DNA of 32,000 nt, taken from the NCBI GenBank assembly GCA_048882505.1, contig JBHLRO010000006.1:30001-62000 (forward strand), in the 5' to 3' direction. Both the position numbers and the translations under genes were made by a program. Under the pieces are notes generated by a model. That model saw only the letters and a list, made by a program, of their open reading frames with translations. It did no database searches and was not told the origin of the DNA. Positions 1 through 9,297 of the stretch are shown in pieces (positions within the stretch are counted from its first letter, which is position 1; each line of letters opens with the position of its first letter). The DNA comes from Candidatus Thorarchaeota archaeon (GTDB lineage Archaea > Asgardarchaeota > Heimdallarchaeia > Hodarchaeales > Hodarchaeaceae).

Positions 1-459
1 AGGAGCGATGCACAAGAAATACATCACATTCTATCCGAGGCATTTGAATCGTATCGTGAGTATTATACAGAGGAAGCATATAAGGCTACGATTCTTTCCC
101 CTCCTGAAATCGCAACTCGAATTAGCACTAAAGAAATAGAAGTGCTTGTGGTCTTTTATCAGAATAAGATGGTCGGGACAGTTACAATCAGATTGAAAAG
201 AGCAGGCCAACTCCATATTCAAAGCATGGCGCTAAACCCTGACACTCAGAGGCAAGGAGTGGGGAATTATATGCTTGAAGAAGTGATTCGCTTGGGTAGG
301 AAGAAACAAGTGAAAACTATCTCGCTTGAATGCTTTGAACCACTTAAGAAGGCCATAAACATGTATAAAAAGTTTGGATTCAAGAGAACGGGAAAAAAAA
401 GAGATTTACATGGGAGTGAGGTCTTTGAGATGACCAAGACCCTAGAGTGTCATGGATAG
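1..459 (+). CDS. GNAT-family N-acetyltransferase, 5'-truncated by the window edge
   Basis: Frame is open from base 1 (RSDAQEIHHILSEAFESY...), so the gene starts upstream of the ORF-track start at 142. Motif A (SMALNPDTQRQGVGNYML) and motif B (AINMYKKFGF) are present. Confidence 0.85.
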   Translation, partial: RSDAQEIHHILSEAFESYREYYTEEAYKATILSPPEIATRISTKEIEVLVVFYQNKMVGTVTIRLKRAGQLHIQSMALNPDTQRQGVGNYMLEEVIRLGRKKQVKTISLECFEPLKKAINMYKKFGFKRTGKKRDLHGSEVFEMTKTLECHG

Positions 460-1093
460 GAACAACTACCTATCAAGGGATCGCGGCCCCTGGTCCGTGT
501 GATCTCAGAATGCAGCAGATCTGACAGTTTTCCTCGTGATCCTTATGCTTTTGGGCACCCCTCTTGTTACCGAAATGAATAGGTTGCTTCATCCCTAAGG
601 AGATCCAAAGAACGAACAAGTATCAGTCAAGCTAATGCATCCCCATTAAAGGCAGAAGCAGCTCCTCCACGATGGAAATATCAAACGGAAGGTGACATTT
701 CCTTATCTAACCTTACGAATTTAGATACAGATGAAGACGAGACAAATTCGTGAAAAACTGAAACTAGAACGGTTCGCTGAAGACATCTAGAAGAAGATTT
801 CAGGATTGAAAACCCGCATCTCTCTTTTTTTTAGCCCAAATATGCGCAATTTGTGGTTCAAATAAAGATAGATCACGGAAGTTCCTAACACAAACACACG
901 GAATAGAGAGGTTTGGAATGCGGAGCCATGGATGATAATCAGATCCTAAACCGGAGATTGAGCGATGGTCTCTCCCTTGCTACTAGTCGACTTATATCTA
1001 GATACCTTTGACCATTCGGTGTTTGCTCTTCAATGCCTACCGGCTAACTCATCGCAAAGTGGGCGTTCTTAACTTTATACAGGTTTCATTATC

Positions 1094-1108
1094 CGAAAAA
1101 TTTTTATA
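1094..1108 (+). promoter_or_regulatory. Candidate archaeal BRE + TATA box for the gene at 1186
   Basis: CGAAAAA followed directly by TTTTTATA, about 80 nt upstream of the ATG; GAGGTG Shine-Dalgarno-like site at 1173-1178. Confidence 0.45.
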
Positions 1109-1185
1109 CCATATCAGCCGTAAATGCGTGCATTTAACCGTTTTTTTTTCGAATGGTTAAATATGAGAGAAAGAGGTGAAACAGA

Positions 1186-2163
1186 ATGAAGTCCCAAAAA
1201 GTTATTCCAATAGCTTTTTTGATTGTGATCTGCTCTCTGGCGTTTGCTACGCAGATCCCAATGATGTTCGGCCTTCCAACCGAAGGAGGGGGGAGTGGCA
1301 GTCCATCATACCCAAGAGTTGATGGAAACACCTGGATGAATAAACAAACTAGACCAGGTGACGACCATTATGGAACCTATCTGTCTGGCGCCACAGGTTA
1401 TATAAGCCCTTTGCCACACGTAGTTGAAGTCGATGGAGAAAATAGCCACGGGGCAATATCATTACAAGCTTCTATCGAACATTATGCAGGTATTGGTAAT
1501 TATGATGAAATTAGGGTTCGCTTTACAACATATTACAAATCAAAACTTCCTGATCCATCCTATCCCTCCGAAGCTGGCATTATTTACGGTCAAGGTGTCA
1601 TAGTAGAAGAGGTGGAGGCAACAAATCTGCTTCAGGTAGTCTGGTTTCGTGATTATAACAAGGATCAATGGGCCTGGCCAAAATACTTGAAAAGCGGTCC
1701 CTCTTACGAGGCAGCTCGTATAAGTTTCAACCAGGAAGTCATAGATTGGGTAACGGGAGTAGCGGTGCTTCGTATACTTAGTCGTCTTGATCTTACTGGT
1801 ATTGTTGAAACCGTGACAGATTATATTGTCGAAAGGACTGTCAAGGCAGCTTTTGAACCCCTTTTTGATGTTGGATATGCAGTATATGGAAATTCTGGAG
1901 TAACTGGTTCAGATATCCAAGCACAATACGCTTTCATTAACGGAGGTGGCTATCCTTGGACCACCTATCAGTATTATGACCGAAATTCCTATATAAACGA
2001 AGCTTCAACTCATCACTCTGCTGGTATTCGTATATTTGGAACCTTACCGAGCTATTGCACTCTGATCCGCGCTAAGGCGTATGTAGATTATTATCTCCCA
2101 AATTCCTATGGCGGCGGGATCGATACGATCTACTCCCCAATAATTCAGATATATCTGGTTTGA
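1186..2163 (+). CDS. Secreted hypothetical protein, 325 aa
   Basis: Basic N-terminus plus hydrophobic stretch ending AFA (signal peptide), Gly/Ser linker, Tyr/Gly-rich body, no C-terminal anchor, SD GAGGTG upstream. Confidence 0.85.
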   Translation: MKSQKVIPIAFLIVICSLAFATQIPMMFGLPTEGGGSGSPSYPRVDGNTWMNKQTRPGDDHYGTYLSGATGYISPLPHVVEVDGENSHGAISLQASIEHYAGIGNYDEIRVRFTTYYKSKLPDPSYPSEAGIIYGQGVIVEEVEATNLLQVVWFRDYNKDQWAWPKYLKSGPSYEAARISFNQEVIDWVTGVAVLRILSRLDLTGIVETVTDYIVERTVKAAFEPLFDVGYAVYGNSGVTGSDIQAQYAFINGGGYPWTTYQYYDRNSYINEASTHHSAGIRIFGTLPSYCTLIRAKAYVDYYLPNSYGGGIDTIYSPIIQIYLV

Positions 2164-2384
2164 TCAGGGCCAACATTTTCCCCTTTTTTTTCCAAACCTT
2201 TACGTACGGTTCAATGTAGGAATGAATTTCGACCGTTTGTGCTAGGTGTTGTTTAATCACGGCAGAGGTAGCTTGGCTGATTGGCTTTTGGGGAAACCTA
2301 AGTATAATTTTACTTTATTCCCTAATTGGAAGTCTCCTAGTTCGGAAGAGTCTGAAAGAACCTGAAAAACCCATCTATCTTCCC

Positions 2385-3782
2385 ATGTTTCTAGCAGGCC
2401 TAAGTCTATTCGCTTTTGCCGCGGTGGCCGTCTCGATTGTCCTACTCTATCTTCAAGAATTTCTTCTTAGATATGATCTAACAGAGGCTACAGCTATATG
2501 GCCTCTCTTCATTTGGTTAAGCAACCTTTTATTCACTAGTCTACTTCTCTTGTCACTTCTTAGTTATTATCATGGACCTAGGAAGAGTCCCGTAGTTATA
2601 GGACTACCGAGTATACTATTGCTCTTGGGATGTATGAATGGTTTTTGGGGTTTATCAAGATTCAATGTCTATTGGAGAGGCGGCAAAATTCTGGTTTATT
2701 ATCTTGATAAGCAAGCAGAATTGATCAATTCTATCCTAATCATTCTGGCAATAGCAGGGAGCTTTTATCTGACTTCTAGCTCGTTTCTAGAGACAAAGGA
2801 AGATAGGGATCTTTGGTTGACGGTGGCCTTGCTAATCGCGCTCCTCGGTTTTTTTATCCCACGGACAGAAGCTTGGTCAATAACGGATCCCGTCACAGTG
2901 AAAATATTAGGTTTTTTGGTTTATTATTCATTCTTGGGGTTTTTTATGATCGCCTGGCTGTATCCAAAACCCTTTGCTGTAAAAACTAAGCAAATTATTG
3001 CAAAAATCACTCCAACATCCTTTAAAGACAATTTTCTCGACCAGTTACCTTTTCTCATTTATCACAAGAAAAAAATCCAAACCTTACTAATTATATCCAC
3101 CATAGGCGTAGTGTTGACAATCTTTGGGCCGAGGCTGTTTGAAGGAAGCGTGAAAATTTACCTTACAGCAGCTCAAGCAGTAGAGGAAGGTCAAGCTTTC
3201 TTTCTTGGAATTGTTAATGGCCAACAAGTTTTTTTTCACACAATAGGAACTGTGGTTCCACTACTGGTTACCGCCGTTTTAATTATCTTTGCTTTAGTAA
3301 GAGAAACACCGTGGCGTTCCGTGTTCTCTTATGGATTGAGTCTTTTCATTAGTCAAGTCTTACTTTCAATTTTCTTTAATCATGTCCTAAATCTGGAACG
3401 CGTAAATTACGAAGCGAATTCTCCTTTCATTTTGGGTTTTATTTTACCACCTTTGATAATTACCGTTTTAGTTTCATTTTTTGACCCCATGGAAGATGAA
3501 ACAATCTCGTTCTTCGAAAAGGTACGTCTAAAATGCATGCCTGAAGTTGTATATGGCTGCACGGTCTTATCTACGATAATGTTTGACACGTTCCTTTTTA
3601 ATTCTCCTACTGGGAAGATACTGGTAGGGGGAGGAAGTATCACGGATGGAATCTTTGTACTACCGATTTTAAACGTCTTCCTGATCCTGTTTACATATTC
3701 TCTTATCTCATTAATCATGGAAGTTATTTTCTCCAACAAAAAGGAAAACCAGGGGGAACAACCAAATCTTCGGTGTTCCTAG
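2385..3782 (+). CDS. Polytopic membrane protein with a C-terminal DUF1614-like domain
   Basis: Many hydrophobic segments. The C-terminal half has segments resembling DUF1614 motifs as I recall them: HTIGTVVPLL (NvGGaiiP), ILPPLII, VYGCTVLSTIMFD (AYisGtlGtliGaD) and VGGGSITDGIFV (IGGAGtfDGIF). Confidence 0.65.
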   Translation: MFLAGLSLFAFAAVAVSIVLLYLQEFLLRYDLTEATAIWPLFIWLSNLLFTSLLLLSLLSYYHGPRKSPVVIGLPSILLLLGCMNGFWGLSRFNVYWRGGKILVYYLDKQAELINSILIILAIAGSFYLTSSSFLETKEDRDLWLTVALLIALLGFFIPRTEAWSITDPVTVKILGFLVYYSFLGFFMIAWLYPKPFAVKTKQIIAKITPTSFKDNFLDQLPFLIYHKKKIQTLLIISTIGVVLTIFGPRLFEGSVKIYLTAAQAVEEGQAFFLGIVNGQQVFFHTIGTVVPLLVTAVLIIFALVRETPWRSVFSYGLSLFISQVLLSIFFNHVLNLERVNYEANSPFILGFILPPLIITVLVSFFDPMEDETISFFEKVRLKCMPEVVYGCTVLSTIMFDTFLFNSPTGKILVGGGSITDGIFVLPILNVFLILFTYSLISLIMEVIFSNKKENQGEQPNLRCS

Positions 3783-3875
3783 TGACGAATTTTCGGATCA
3801 CTAGTTCCATGATCTGAGTCTTTGTCAATTTAAGCAAGACCGATACCGATGAACGGGGCGGAGTCTGTTTAGAAT

Positions 3876-4022
3876 CTAGTCTCTATCATCGATATTACTC
3901 TCTGGAAGCAACTCTTTAATCTCTTGCAACTTCCAGAGAATTCTCCTGAGTATGTCAATAATAAATATGACAGAAACACCAAAATATAGCAGGGCAAGAA
4001 GAAGCAGTGGATCTACAGTCAT
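3876..4022 (-). CDS. Small single-pass membrane protein, 48 aa (below the ORF-track cutoff)
   Basis: Manual translation: MTVDPLLLLALLYFGVSVIFIIDILRRILWKLQEIKELLPESNIDDRD*. GAGGAG lies 8 nt upstream of the ATG. Confidence 0.65.
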   Translation of the reverse strand: MTVDPLLLLALLYFGVSVIFIIDILRRILWKLQEIKELLPESNIDDRD

Positions 4023-4517
4023 CGCGCTTACTCCTCTTTTATCTAATTACAGGTAATTAAACCTTCTAGTTTTATGAAAAGGGCAGCGTAGACAAGAACA
4101 GCCTAGCCATTCTGAATTATTCGCGAGTCTGGCAAAGATGTAGCGCCGTTAATTATAGCGATCAGAACAGATGCCCCCTCGGAGAAGCTCATAATAGAAG
4201 GTTTTATTAGAACTCCTCGTTGAAACTCCTTTATATGTTCCGCACATGATCCAGTTCTTGCTACGCCATAGATTTGATCGCCAAGTTTCGATTATTTGGA
4301 ATTTCTTCGCAATTAATTATCTAAGGGGAATAGAGAAAAAAGATATTCTGGGACTACAAACTTTAAAAATGAAAATCGGATTAGTAGACTCGAATTGGCT
4401 TCGAAGAGAGGCCCAAACACGTCGTGGTTTTGATTCTAGCTGTGATCGTTTGACCAACAGACAGTATGAATAGATGGTAATGTCAAGTAGGGACCTTTTA
4501 AAGAAGGACAGAGGGCG

Positions 4518-6116
4518 TTGAAAAGAGGTATTTTACTTTCAATAGTGATTGTAGTTTTTATCAACACTGCTTATTTCCCTGCGGCATTGAGGATTGAATC
4601 CAGCGACCTAGAAACAAGCTCACTTGATTCAGTTCCCGTTTCCGGAAGGTTTGCCTTGCTTTCCCTCCAAAACCATAATCCCATCTATATAACTGGAAAT
4701 CAAGATTTTATTGCTCAGGCGACCGCGGAAGGGTGGCAAGGAAACGGCACTGAGGGTTCTCCTTATCTTATCACAGGATTTCAGATTTACGGAACTGGCA
4801 ATGGTATCCCTGGAGACCCTTTTAATCCTCCTCCTATTGATTATTCCTCTCCAACCCGATTTTTGATTAATATAAAGGATGTTGACCTCCATTTTCGGAT
4901 TACTGATTGCTCGTTGGTTGGAGCGGGGACTTATGGTATTTATCTCGAAAACGTGACACATGCTGCAATCCTTTCAAATAAAGTCACCCGAAGTGATAGG
5001 GATGGAATTCGTTTAGAAAGGTGTCTGAATAGTACAATAAATGACAATCTTGTGTATTCCAATAGTTTAAGAGGAATTGATCTGAGAGGAACGAATAGCA
5101 GCGAGATTTCAAACAATAGTGCGTATTCCAACGGAGTCAATGGCATTTATCTGGGGGGATCATGGAATAATACTGTATCAAACAACGTTGCCCACTACAA
5201 TCTCTGGCATGGAATCAGTATCGATTCCTTGGCCAATTATAACTCCATTATGAAAAACACAGTGTACCAAAATGCTAGAGTAGGAGTAGGTCTGTGGGGT
5301 CAGAGTAATTACAATGTCTTAAGCGAGAACTACATTTATGACAACGAGGAGAGTGGTATTTCCCTCTTTAGCTCCGATTATAATGTTATTCTTTTCAATA
5401 CGATACATGGCAACAATGAAGGATTTTCAAGTTATGAAACGGGCAGCAACACGATTAAACATAACGAAATCGCGTACAGCAACTATACAGGTTTATATCT
5501 TTTCGAATCAAAAGACGCGATTCTCTTTAATAATACCGTTTTTGAGAATGAGGAAGGTCTTATCTTAAGCCTCGCATGGAATACTTCGGTTTCCTTCAAT
5601 CTTATATCCTTTAACCGACATAATGGCATGGTCATTGATGATTCGGAAAATAACAATGTCAACAACAACCAAATTTCCAACAATGGAGAACATGGTGTGG
5701 TTATTAACGCTGAAGCTGTTGGTAACGTCATTACTAACAACGAAATCATGGGAAATGGGGGGTATGGGATTTGGACTGAATCATTGGAAAATACGATTGC
5801 AGATAATGAAATAGCGGAGAATGGGGGTGAAGTTACCACTTATACTGTTATTTCCTCTCCCCAAATAGTACCTCCTCTTCAATTGTGGATTCTATTATTC
5901 CTAGTATTGATTGGTGGCTCTTCGGTTACCATTATCGTTTCTATCGCTCGCAGATCCCGTAGGTCTCCTGTCTATTCGTGGAAGCCCCCGTCTGAAACTC
6001 GATCTTTAAAATACCCAAGTGGGAGGGAAAACCATCCTAAATTTTGTCCTAACTGCGGGGTAGCAACTGCTCCTAAGGATATTTTTTGCATGTCCTGTGG
6101 CAGTCTCTTGGTTTAA
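4518..6116 (+). CDS. Cell-surface right-handed parallel beta-helix (NosD/CASH-type) protein with C-terminal TM helix and zinc ribbon
   Basis: Signal peptide; GWQGNGTEGSPYLI motif; many GI.L..S.NN.I.NN repeats; TM segment LWILLFLVLIGGSSVTIIVSIA; terminal CPNC...CMSC. Confidence 0.85.
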   Translation: MKRGILLSIVIVVFINTAYFPAALRIESSDLETSSLDSVPVSGRFALLSLQNHNPIYITGNQDFIAQATAEGWQGNGTEGSPYLITGFQIYGTGNGIPGDPFNPPPIDYSSPTRFLINIKDVDLHFRITDCSLVGAGTYGIYLENVTHAAILSNKVTRSDRDGIRLERCLNSTINDNLVYSNSLRGIDLRGTNSSEISNNSAYSNGVNGIYLGGSWNNTVSNNVAHYNLWHGISIDSLANYNSIMKNTVYQNARVGVGLWGQSNYNVLSENYIYDNEESGISLFSSDYNVILFNTIHGNNEGFSSYETGSNTIKHNEIAYSNYTGLYLFESKDAILFNNTVFENEEGLILSLAWNTSVSFNLISFNRHNGMVIDDSENNNVNNNQISNNGEHGVVINAEAVGNVITNNEIMGNGGYGIWTESLENTIADNEIAENGGEVTTYTVISSPQIVPPLQLWILLFLVLIGGSSVTIIVSIARRSRRSPVYSWKPPSETRSLKYPSGRENHPKFCPNCGVATAPKDIFCMSCGSLLV

Positions 6117-6274
6117 TTTAGGCATCTCTCTTCAATTTGTCAGTAAATTGTCATGATAGCAAGGGATTGAGAGGAATACAATTTTATTAGGGTAGGTTGT
6201 CAATGGAAATCAAAAACTGGAAGATTAGAGGTGATGAAATACTTTCGTTCTCCGAACCGGTATGTAGAAGCCTT

Positions 6275-6778
6275 CTACCTTAGGATTTGGGCCAAAAGTC
6301 CGCCAAGTATTCCAAATAGTCCGAAAAACGGACCTGAGAAAACAGAGAAAGTAAAAATCATGAATTCAAAAATAAAAAGGGCTGCCAAAGGCGATCCAGA
6401 GTATGAAACGGACACAAGAAATAACGTCGCGTGAAAAAACACAAATGTAGCAAACAAGCCCCCCCAAAATGTCGGCTTGAATCCCTGTCGCCATTTTCCG
6501 ATAACAAAACCTCCAAGGAGGCCACTGAGAATAATTGCACCCAAGATCATGCCAATGTGAAGAAATATTGAGTCCGAAGCTAGGGGATCTGGTAACGATA
6601 AACGAAGTAAAAGCCCAAATACTAGAAGAACAATTCCGACTATAAAAGTGATTAAAAAGCTGTTTATGTTCCTATCGAAAGTCGCGATGTATGTCACGGA
6701 AGATACGCTCGGAGGTTTTGGATCTACCACCGCGATTGTTAATTCGAGAATCCAAGGGCTGTGATCGTCTAGGCCCAT
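6275..6778 (-). CDS. Glycine-rich hypothetical membrane protein (about 4 TM)
   Basis: Four hydrophobic segments with GxxxG-type patterns (GLLGG, GLFGILGGLL). Confidence 0.7.
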   Translation of the reverse strand: MGLDDHSPWILELTIAVVDPKPPSVSSVTYIATFDRNINSFLITFIVGIVLLVFGLLLRLSLPDPLASDSIFLHIGMILGAIILSGLLGGFVIGKWRQGFKPTFWGGLFATFVFFHATLFLVSVSYSGSPLAALFIFEFMIFTFSVFSGPFFGLFGILGGLLAQILR

Positions 6779-6886
6779 TCCCTATATGAACTTTAAGATA
6801 CCCGAAGCATCTTGAGCGACTTCCATGCAGTGAGGAGGACATCAAGATGTAAGGAATTCAAAGAAAATATTGTGATCCTTTTAATT

Positions 6887-7261
6887 CTAATTTTCCGCTT
6901 TAGAGATCCTTTCAAGGAGGTCTAACTCATTATCCTCTGGATCTAAAATACTCGCAACCAAATACCCAAAACCCCCGTCGTGCAGATCTTTAGTGATTCT
7001 GACATTCCGTTCGCGGAGAGTTTGGATGCTTTCAGCAAGATTTTCGACTTCAAAATTGAAATGTATTCTGCCCTGAGAGGGTGGTATTTCGGATGAAGAT
7101 GGCATTTGGTGGAGCAACAAATTCGTGTCCTTCAAGGCGAATTGAGCAAAGCCAGCATGTGAATGGACAAGGGGAAGCTCGAGTATGTCCTTATAGAATT
7201 CAATGGTGTTTTCAACATTCCTAACATAAATTAAAACAGAATTAATCGCGCTAATTTTCAT
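6887..7261 (-). CDS. VOC/glyoxalase-bleomycin resistance family protein
   Basis: IYVRNVENTIEFYKDILEL, HFNFEVENL and ILDPEDNELDLLE match the beta-alpha-beta-beta-beta VOC pattern. Confidence 0.9.
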   Translation of the reverse strand: MKISAINSVLIYVRNVENTIEFYKDILELPLVHSHAGFAQFALKDTNLLLHQMPSSSEIPPSQGRIHFNFEVENLAESIQTLRERNVRITKDLHDGGFGYLVASILDPEDNELDLLERISKAEN

Positions 7262-7486
7262 ATTTATCTCATTCGTGTACTAGGAGTCAAGAAATGAGAT
7301 TCAAAGCCTTAAATATATTTGAATGGCTATGTATCTCGAATTATGTCCAGTATTCCAGACTTATCACCTTTTTTTCGGACTGGGCATCCCACATATATGA
7401 TCTGATGATGACTATATAGATCTGACAAGATTCCATATAACGCCGGAACGGCCTTCTTTCTGGTAATTGGATCTCCAACGAACCTA

Positions 7487-7993
7487 TTATCTTTCTTTAT
7501 AAGGCCAAAGAGGTTTGTTCTGAAAGCTCCTTCCAAAATATCGCCTCATTATTGCAATTAAGGTGATAGTGCCAGCTAGCCCTCCTAAAACAATAGAAAG
7601 AAAATCTAATGGGAAATTAAAGACCATACTTACGGTAAGCCATATCGAGTAATAGAGCAGCCCCATAAATAGTGCATTTGCGTTTCTTAGCCAATCTTTA
7701 TCAAAAATGCCAAAGGCCTCAATGGCAATGAGAGCATCATATCCCTGGGCAGTAAGTTCGTAATCCCCCTGAGCATTAGTTTGGACAAGAACGCCAAGTT
7801 TGGTTAAATGATGACTCAGATTCCCACTGCTTGACAAACCCATCCTAGATTTTAGTTTTGAGAATCCTAGTGTCTCTTTTGCTAGCGATTTTAGTATTCG
7901 TATTCTAGTCGGGTGGGAGATAGCTTCAAAGAGTTCTGCTGCTATGCTTTCTTTTTCGAAGTTTCTTTGCTCTTCGGGTAGTTCATCAGCCAT
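7487..7993 (-). CDS. ArsR-type winged-HTH transcriptional regulator with two C-terminal TM helices
   Basis: LFEAISHPTRIRILKSL...SGNLSHHLTKL...DYELT (ArsR wHTH), followed by two hydrophobic helices and a basic tail. Confidence 0.85.
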   Translation of the reverse strand: MADELPEEQRNFEKESIAAELFEAISHPTRIRILKSLAKETLGFSKLKSRMGLSSSGNLSHHLTKLGVLVQTNAQGDYELTAQGYDALIAIEAFGIFDKDWLRNANALFMGLLYYSIWLTVSMVFNFPLDFLSIVLGGLAGTITLIAIMRRYFGRSFQNKPLWPYKER

Positions 7994-8006
7994 ACGAGTT
8001 CACTCA

Positions 8007-8067
8007 TACCTAGGTACGATCCATTCTCACAATTATATAATTCCTGATATCTTGACCTCTAGGTCAA
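8007..8067 (-). promoter_or_regulatory. Promoter of the wHTH gene with two related palindromes
   Basis: TTATATAA at 8033-8040, flanked by TACCTAGGTA (8007-8016) and TTGACCT-CT-AGGTCAA (8052-8067). Confidence 0.5.
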
Positions 8068-8429
8068 ACATTGAGGACAATGCTGGATAATTGCTGGATA
8101 TTAAAGAGGGGATAAATCGGTATCCGTGAATGATATCATCAACGATCTAACTACGCAGGATGGGGCAACGTTGAATACAATGCCAATACATGCCTCTGTG
8201 TCTAATGTGGTGATCCAATTCTCGTTTATTTTGATGACGATTTTCTTTGTTTTAAAGATAGAGTCCCTAGTCTAATCATATCAGAAAAAAACCACGCTAG
8301 TTTTGGAAATGAACCGACCAATATAACCAACATAATGCGAAGTTTCTCTGACAGCATTTAAAACACGGAACACACTATCCAACCTGTACTGAAGCCTAGT
8401 AAGTTTAAAAAAACAAGGATGGCAATCTT

Positions 8430-9059
8430 ATGAAACTTGAGAGTAAAAATTTAACTGAGGGAAAGCCCATTCCAAGTAAACACGCGTTTTGTGTTTTAAC
8501 ACCTGAAGGTAAGGTGGAGATGGGTTTAAACAAGAATCCCGATTTTAGTTGGTCAAATTTACCAGAAACTACCAAGTCACTGACCCTCATTTGTCATGAT
8601 TCAGAAGTTCCCACATCTGCTGAAAATGTTAACAAAGAAGGTAAAGTTGTATCTAAAAACCTCGCACGAACTGATTTCTTCCATTGGGTTCTGTATGATA
8701 TCCCCGTTGAAATAGATGGGATTAAGGAAGGAGAATTTTCAAATGGTATCACTGCTCGAGGGAAAAACAGTAAAGATGCTCCCCATGGCACAAAACAAGG
8801 ATTAAATAACTATACAGAATGGTTTAAAGGCGATGAAAACATGGAAGGAGAGTACTATGGCTATGATGGCCCTTGTCCACCCTGGAACGACGAGCGAATT
8901 CACAAGTACCATTTTACGTTGTATGCACTGGATGTCCCCCATTTATTAGTTCCCTCGAGGACAGTTAATGGAGCGGATGTATTAAGGGCATTATACGAAC
9001 ATATCTTGGCCTCCTCGAGCATTACCGTAACTTATACCTTGAATAAAGACCTGGTTTAA
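8430..9059 (+). CDS. YbhB/YbcL-family (PEBP, Raf-kinase-inhibitor-like) protein
   Basis: SLTLICHDSEVP, FFHWVLYDIP and YYGYDGPCPPWNDERIHKYHFTLYALD motifs. Confidence 0.92.
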   Translation: MKLESKNLTEGKPIPSKHAFCVLTPEGKVEMGLNKNPDFSWSNLPETTKSLTLICHDSEVPTSAENVNKEGKVVSKNLARTDFFHWVLYDIPVEIDGIKEGEFSNGITARGKNSKDAPHGTKQGLNNYTEWFKGDENMEGEYYGYDGPCPPWNDERIHKYHFTLYALDVPHLLVPSRTVNGADVLRALYEHILASSSITVTYTLNKDLV

Positions 9060-9297
9060 GTACTCATTCAAATTAATCTGGAATCCGTTTAATTCCTGAA
9101 CATCAGGCTTTGGTCAAACTGCAATTTACCTCCTCCTGATTATTTGAAATCAGACTCACAATTGAGAGCCCTCAATTGATTTTTTGGAGAAATCCGGGTC
9201 AAGACTTAAATATCATAGTCTTGGGTTACAGATTTGAAAGCATCTACTAATTCACGTTTTTTTCGAAGTAAAACATAATCTCTGTTGCATTCTCAGA

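Noticed and set aside
510-960. Broken frames giving VFLVILMLLG, RWKYQTEGDISLSNLTNLDTDED (beta-propeller-like) and CAICGS
   Set aside because: Possibly a decayed secreted-protein gene, but the fragments are short and in different frames; BLASTX would be needed.
3899-3939. 10-bp inverted repeat TCTCTGGAAG / CTTCCAGAGA with a 21-nt spacer
   Set aside because: It lies inside the small ORF, has no U-tract, and no function can be supported.
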